Assembly: GCA_965203295.1 (NCBI GenBank)
Contig: CBDBCZ010000019.1
Span: 1,504,001 to 1,568,000, forward strand
DNA from: Nitrospirales bacterium
Lineage (GTDB): Bacteria > Nitrospirota > Nitrospiria > Nitrospirales > UBA8639
Direction of reading: 5' to 3'
DNA: 64,000 nt
The position numbers and the translations under genes were made by a program. The notes below the pieces were generated by a model, which was not told the DNA's origin, made no database searches, and saw only the letters and a list, made by a program, of their open reading frames with translations. Shown here in pieces: positions 62,851 to 64,000 of the stretch. Each line of letters opens with the position of its first letter. Position 1 is the stretch's first letter.

Positions 62851-64000
62851 ATGGATAATTCAGAACTCACAAGACAGATGAATCTCATTCTTCGTGGGAC
62901 AGTGGAAGTCATTCAGCGAGACGAATTCGAGTCCCGGCTGGCTGCCTCTTTGAAGAACGGTCGGCCTTTACGTGTGAAGGCAGGCTTTGATCCAACAGCA
63001 CCGGATTTGCATTTAGGCCATACAGTGTTGATTCAGAAGTTGAAACACTTTCAGGAACTCGGGCATGAAGTTATCTTCCTCATTGGTGATTTTACCGGCA
63101 TGATTGGAGATCCCTCAGGCGTATCGGAAACGAGGGTGGCGTTAACGAAAGAACAAGTGTTGTCCAATGCCAAGACCTATGAGCGTCAAATTTTTAAAAC
63201 TCTCGACCTTAAGAAAACACGTATCGAATTTAATAGCCGGTGGATGCAAGATATGAGAGCCGAAGAAGTGGTGCAGTTATGTTCTCATTATAGTGTTGCT
63301 CGAATGCTCGAACGAGATGACTTTGCCAAGCGCTATCGAGACCAAAAGCCCATAAACATTCATGAGTTTTTGTACCCTCTTGTCCAGGGGTATGATTCTG
63401 TCGCCCTGCACGCTGATGTTGAACTTGGCGGGACCGACCAAAAATTCAATCTTCTGGTGGGTCGCGATTTGCAACGGGACTTTGAGCAGCCTCCACAAAT
63501 CGTGATCACCATGCCTTTACTTGAAGGGACAGATGGTGTCCGGAAAATGAGCAAGAGCTATGGGAATTTCATCGCCTTGGAAGATACCCCTCCCGACATG
63601 TTTGGGAAGCTCATGTCGATCAGCGATGACCTGATGTACCGCTATTACGAGCTTCTCACTTCAAATGATCTAAATTCCGTAAGACAACAGCATCCCATGG
63701 AAGCCAAAGTTGCGTTGGCCGAACAAATAGTGAGCCGGTATCATGGGGCGGAAGCGGCTGCACAAGGAAAGGCTGATTTCGAAGGACGATTTCAGAAGCG
63801 GGAATTTCCTGATGATCCGGATGCGACAGTGCTTCTTACGGAATCTGATTTGCCAAATCCGGAGAATCCCGCTATCGGGTTAGTGGATCTGATTGCCAAA
63901 ACGGGGTTGGTCGCGAGCAAGGCAGAGGCGCGACGATTAATTAGTCAGCGTGCGATTGAAATAAACAAAGAGAGGCAGGACGATGCCACTCGAATTCTTC
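62851..64000 (+). CDS. tyrS: Tyrosyl-tRNA synthetase, runs off the window end
   Basis: [42 protein letters not shown] and KMSKS. Confidence 0.97.
   Translation, partial: MDNSELTRQMNLILRGTVEVIQRDEFESRLAASLKNGRPLRVKAGFDPTAPDLHLGHTVLIQKLKHFQELGHEVIFLIGDFTGMIGDPSGVSETRVALTKEQVLSNAKTYERQIFKTLDLKKTRIEFNSRWMQDMRAEEVVQLCSHYSVARMLERDDFAKRYRDQKPINIHEFLYPLVQGYDSVALHADVELGGTDQKFNLLVGRDLQRDFEQPPQIVITMPLLEGTDGVRKMSKSYGNFIALEDTPPDMFGKLMSISDDLMYRYYELLTSNDLNSVRQQHPMEAKVALAEQIVSRYHGAEAAAQGKADFEGRFQKREFPDDPDATVLLTESDLPNPENPAIGLVDLIAKTGLVASKAEARRLISQRAIEINKERQDDATRIL

Noticed and set aside
74..63554. Many 60-185 aa ORFs antisense to or overlapping recognised genes (e.g. 9527..10084, 57318..57755)
   Set aside because: Shadow ORFs with no motifs or RBS.
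1..64000. CRISPR array, tRNA or rRNA genes
   Set aside because: No regularly spaced direct repeats, cloverleaf with T-loop, or rRNA-like segments were seen.

Overview
Bacterial chromosomal window whose gene set and protein sequences look like Nitrospirota (Nitrospirales). This assignment is pattern recognition, not a database result. Intact housekeeping genes include thiE, bioD, trxB, coaE, a two-subunit biotin-dependent carboxylase, hemE/hemY, apt, queC, modABC, ndk, gcvH, lpdA and tyrS, plus an 8-gene sulfur-carrier operon (ThiS, CysK, two ThiF/MoeB, ThrC-like, MoaD, NIL, JAMM). They are interleaved with about 15 recent-looking pseudogenes: putA, thiI, tenA, pepF, nhaA, an outer-membrane porin, comEA, a USP, a J-domain protein, an HNH nuclease and others. 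These are broken by single in-frame stops, homopolymer slips and short tandem duplications, and several open ORFs have lost catalytic residues. The pattern suggests a genome under early reductive evolution, although some frameshifts could be assembly errors. Non-coding structure read from the sequence: a ~3.5-kb Tn3-derived element with paired 36/37-bp inverted repeats carrying stress and antiporter cargo; an 18-bp palindrome repeated three times around an XRE-PBP regulator of the molybdate operon; a ~170-bp MITE just upstream of a PanE/Moco-domain fusion gene; two copies of a ~120-bp intergenic repeat; and an IS200/IS605-end-like triple hairpin next to a decayed XRE-ImmA-HNH module. No rRNA, tRNA or CRISPR array was seen.
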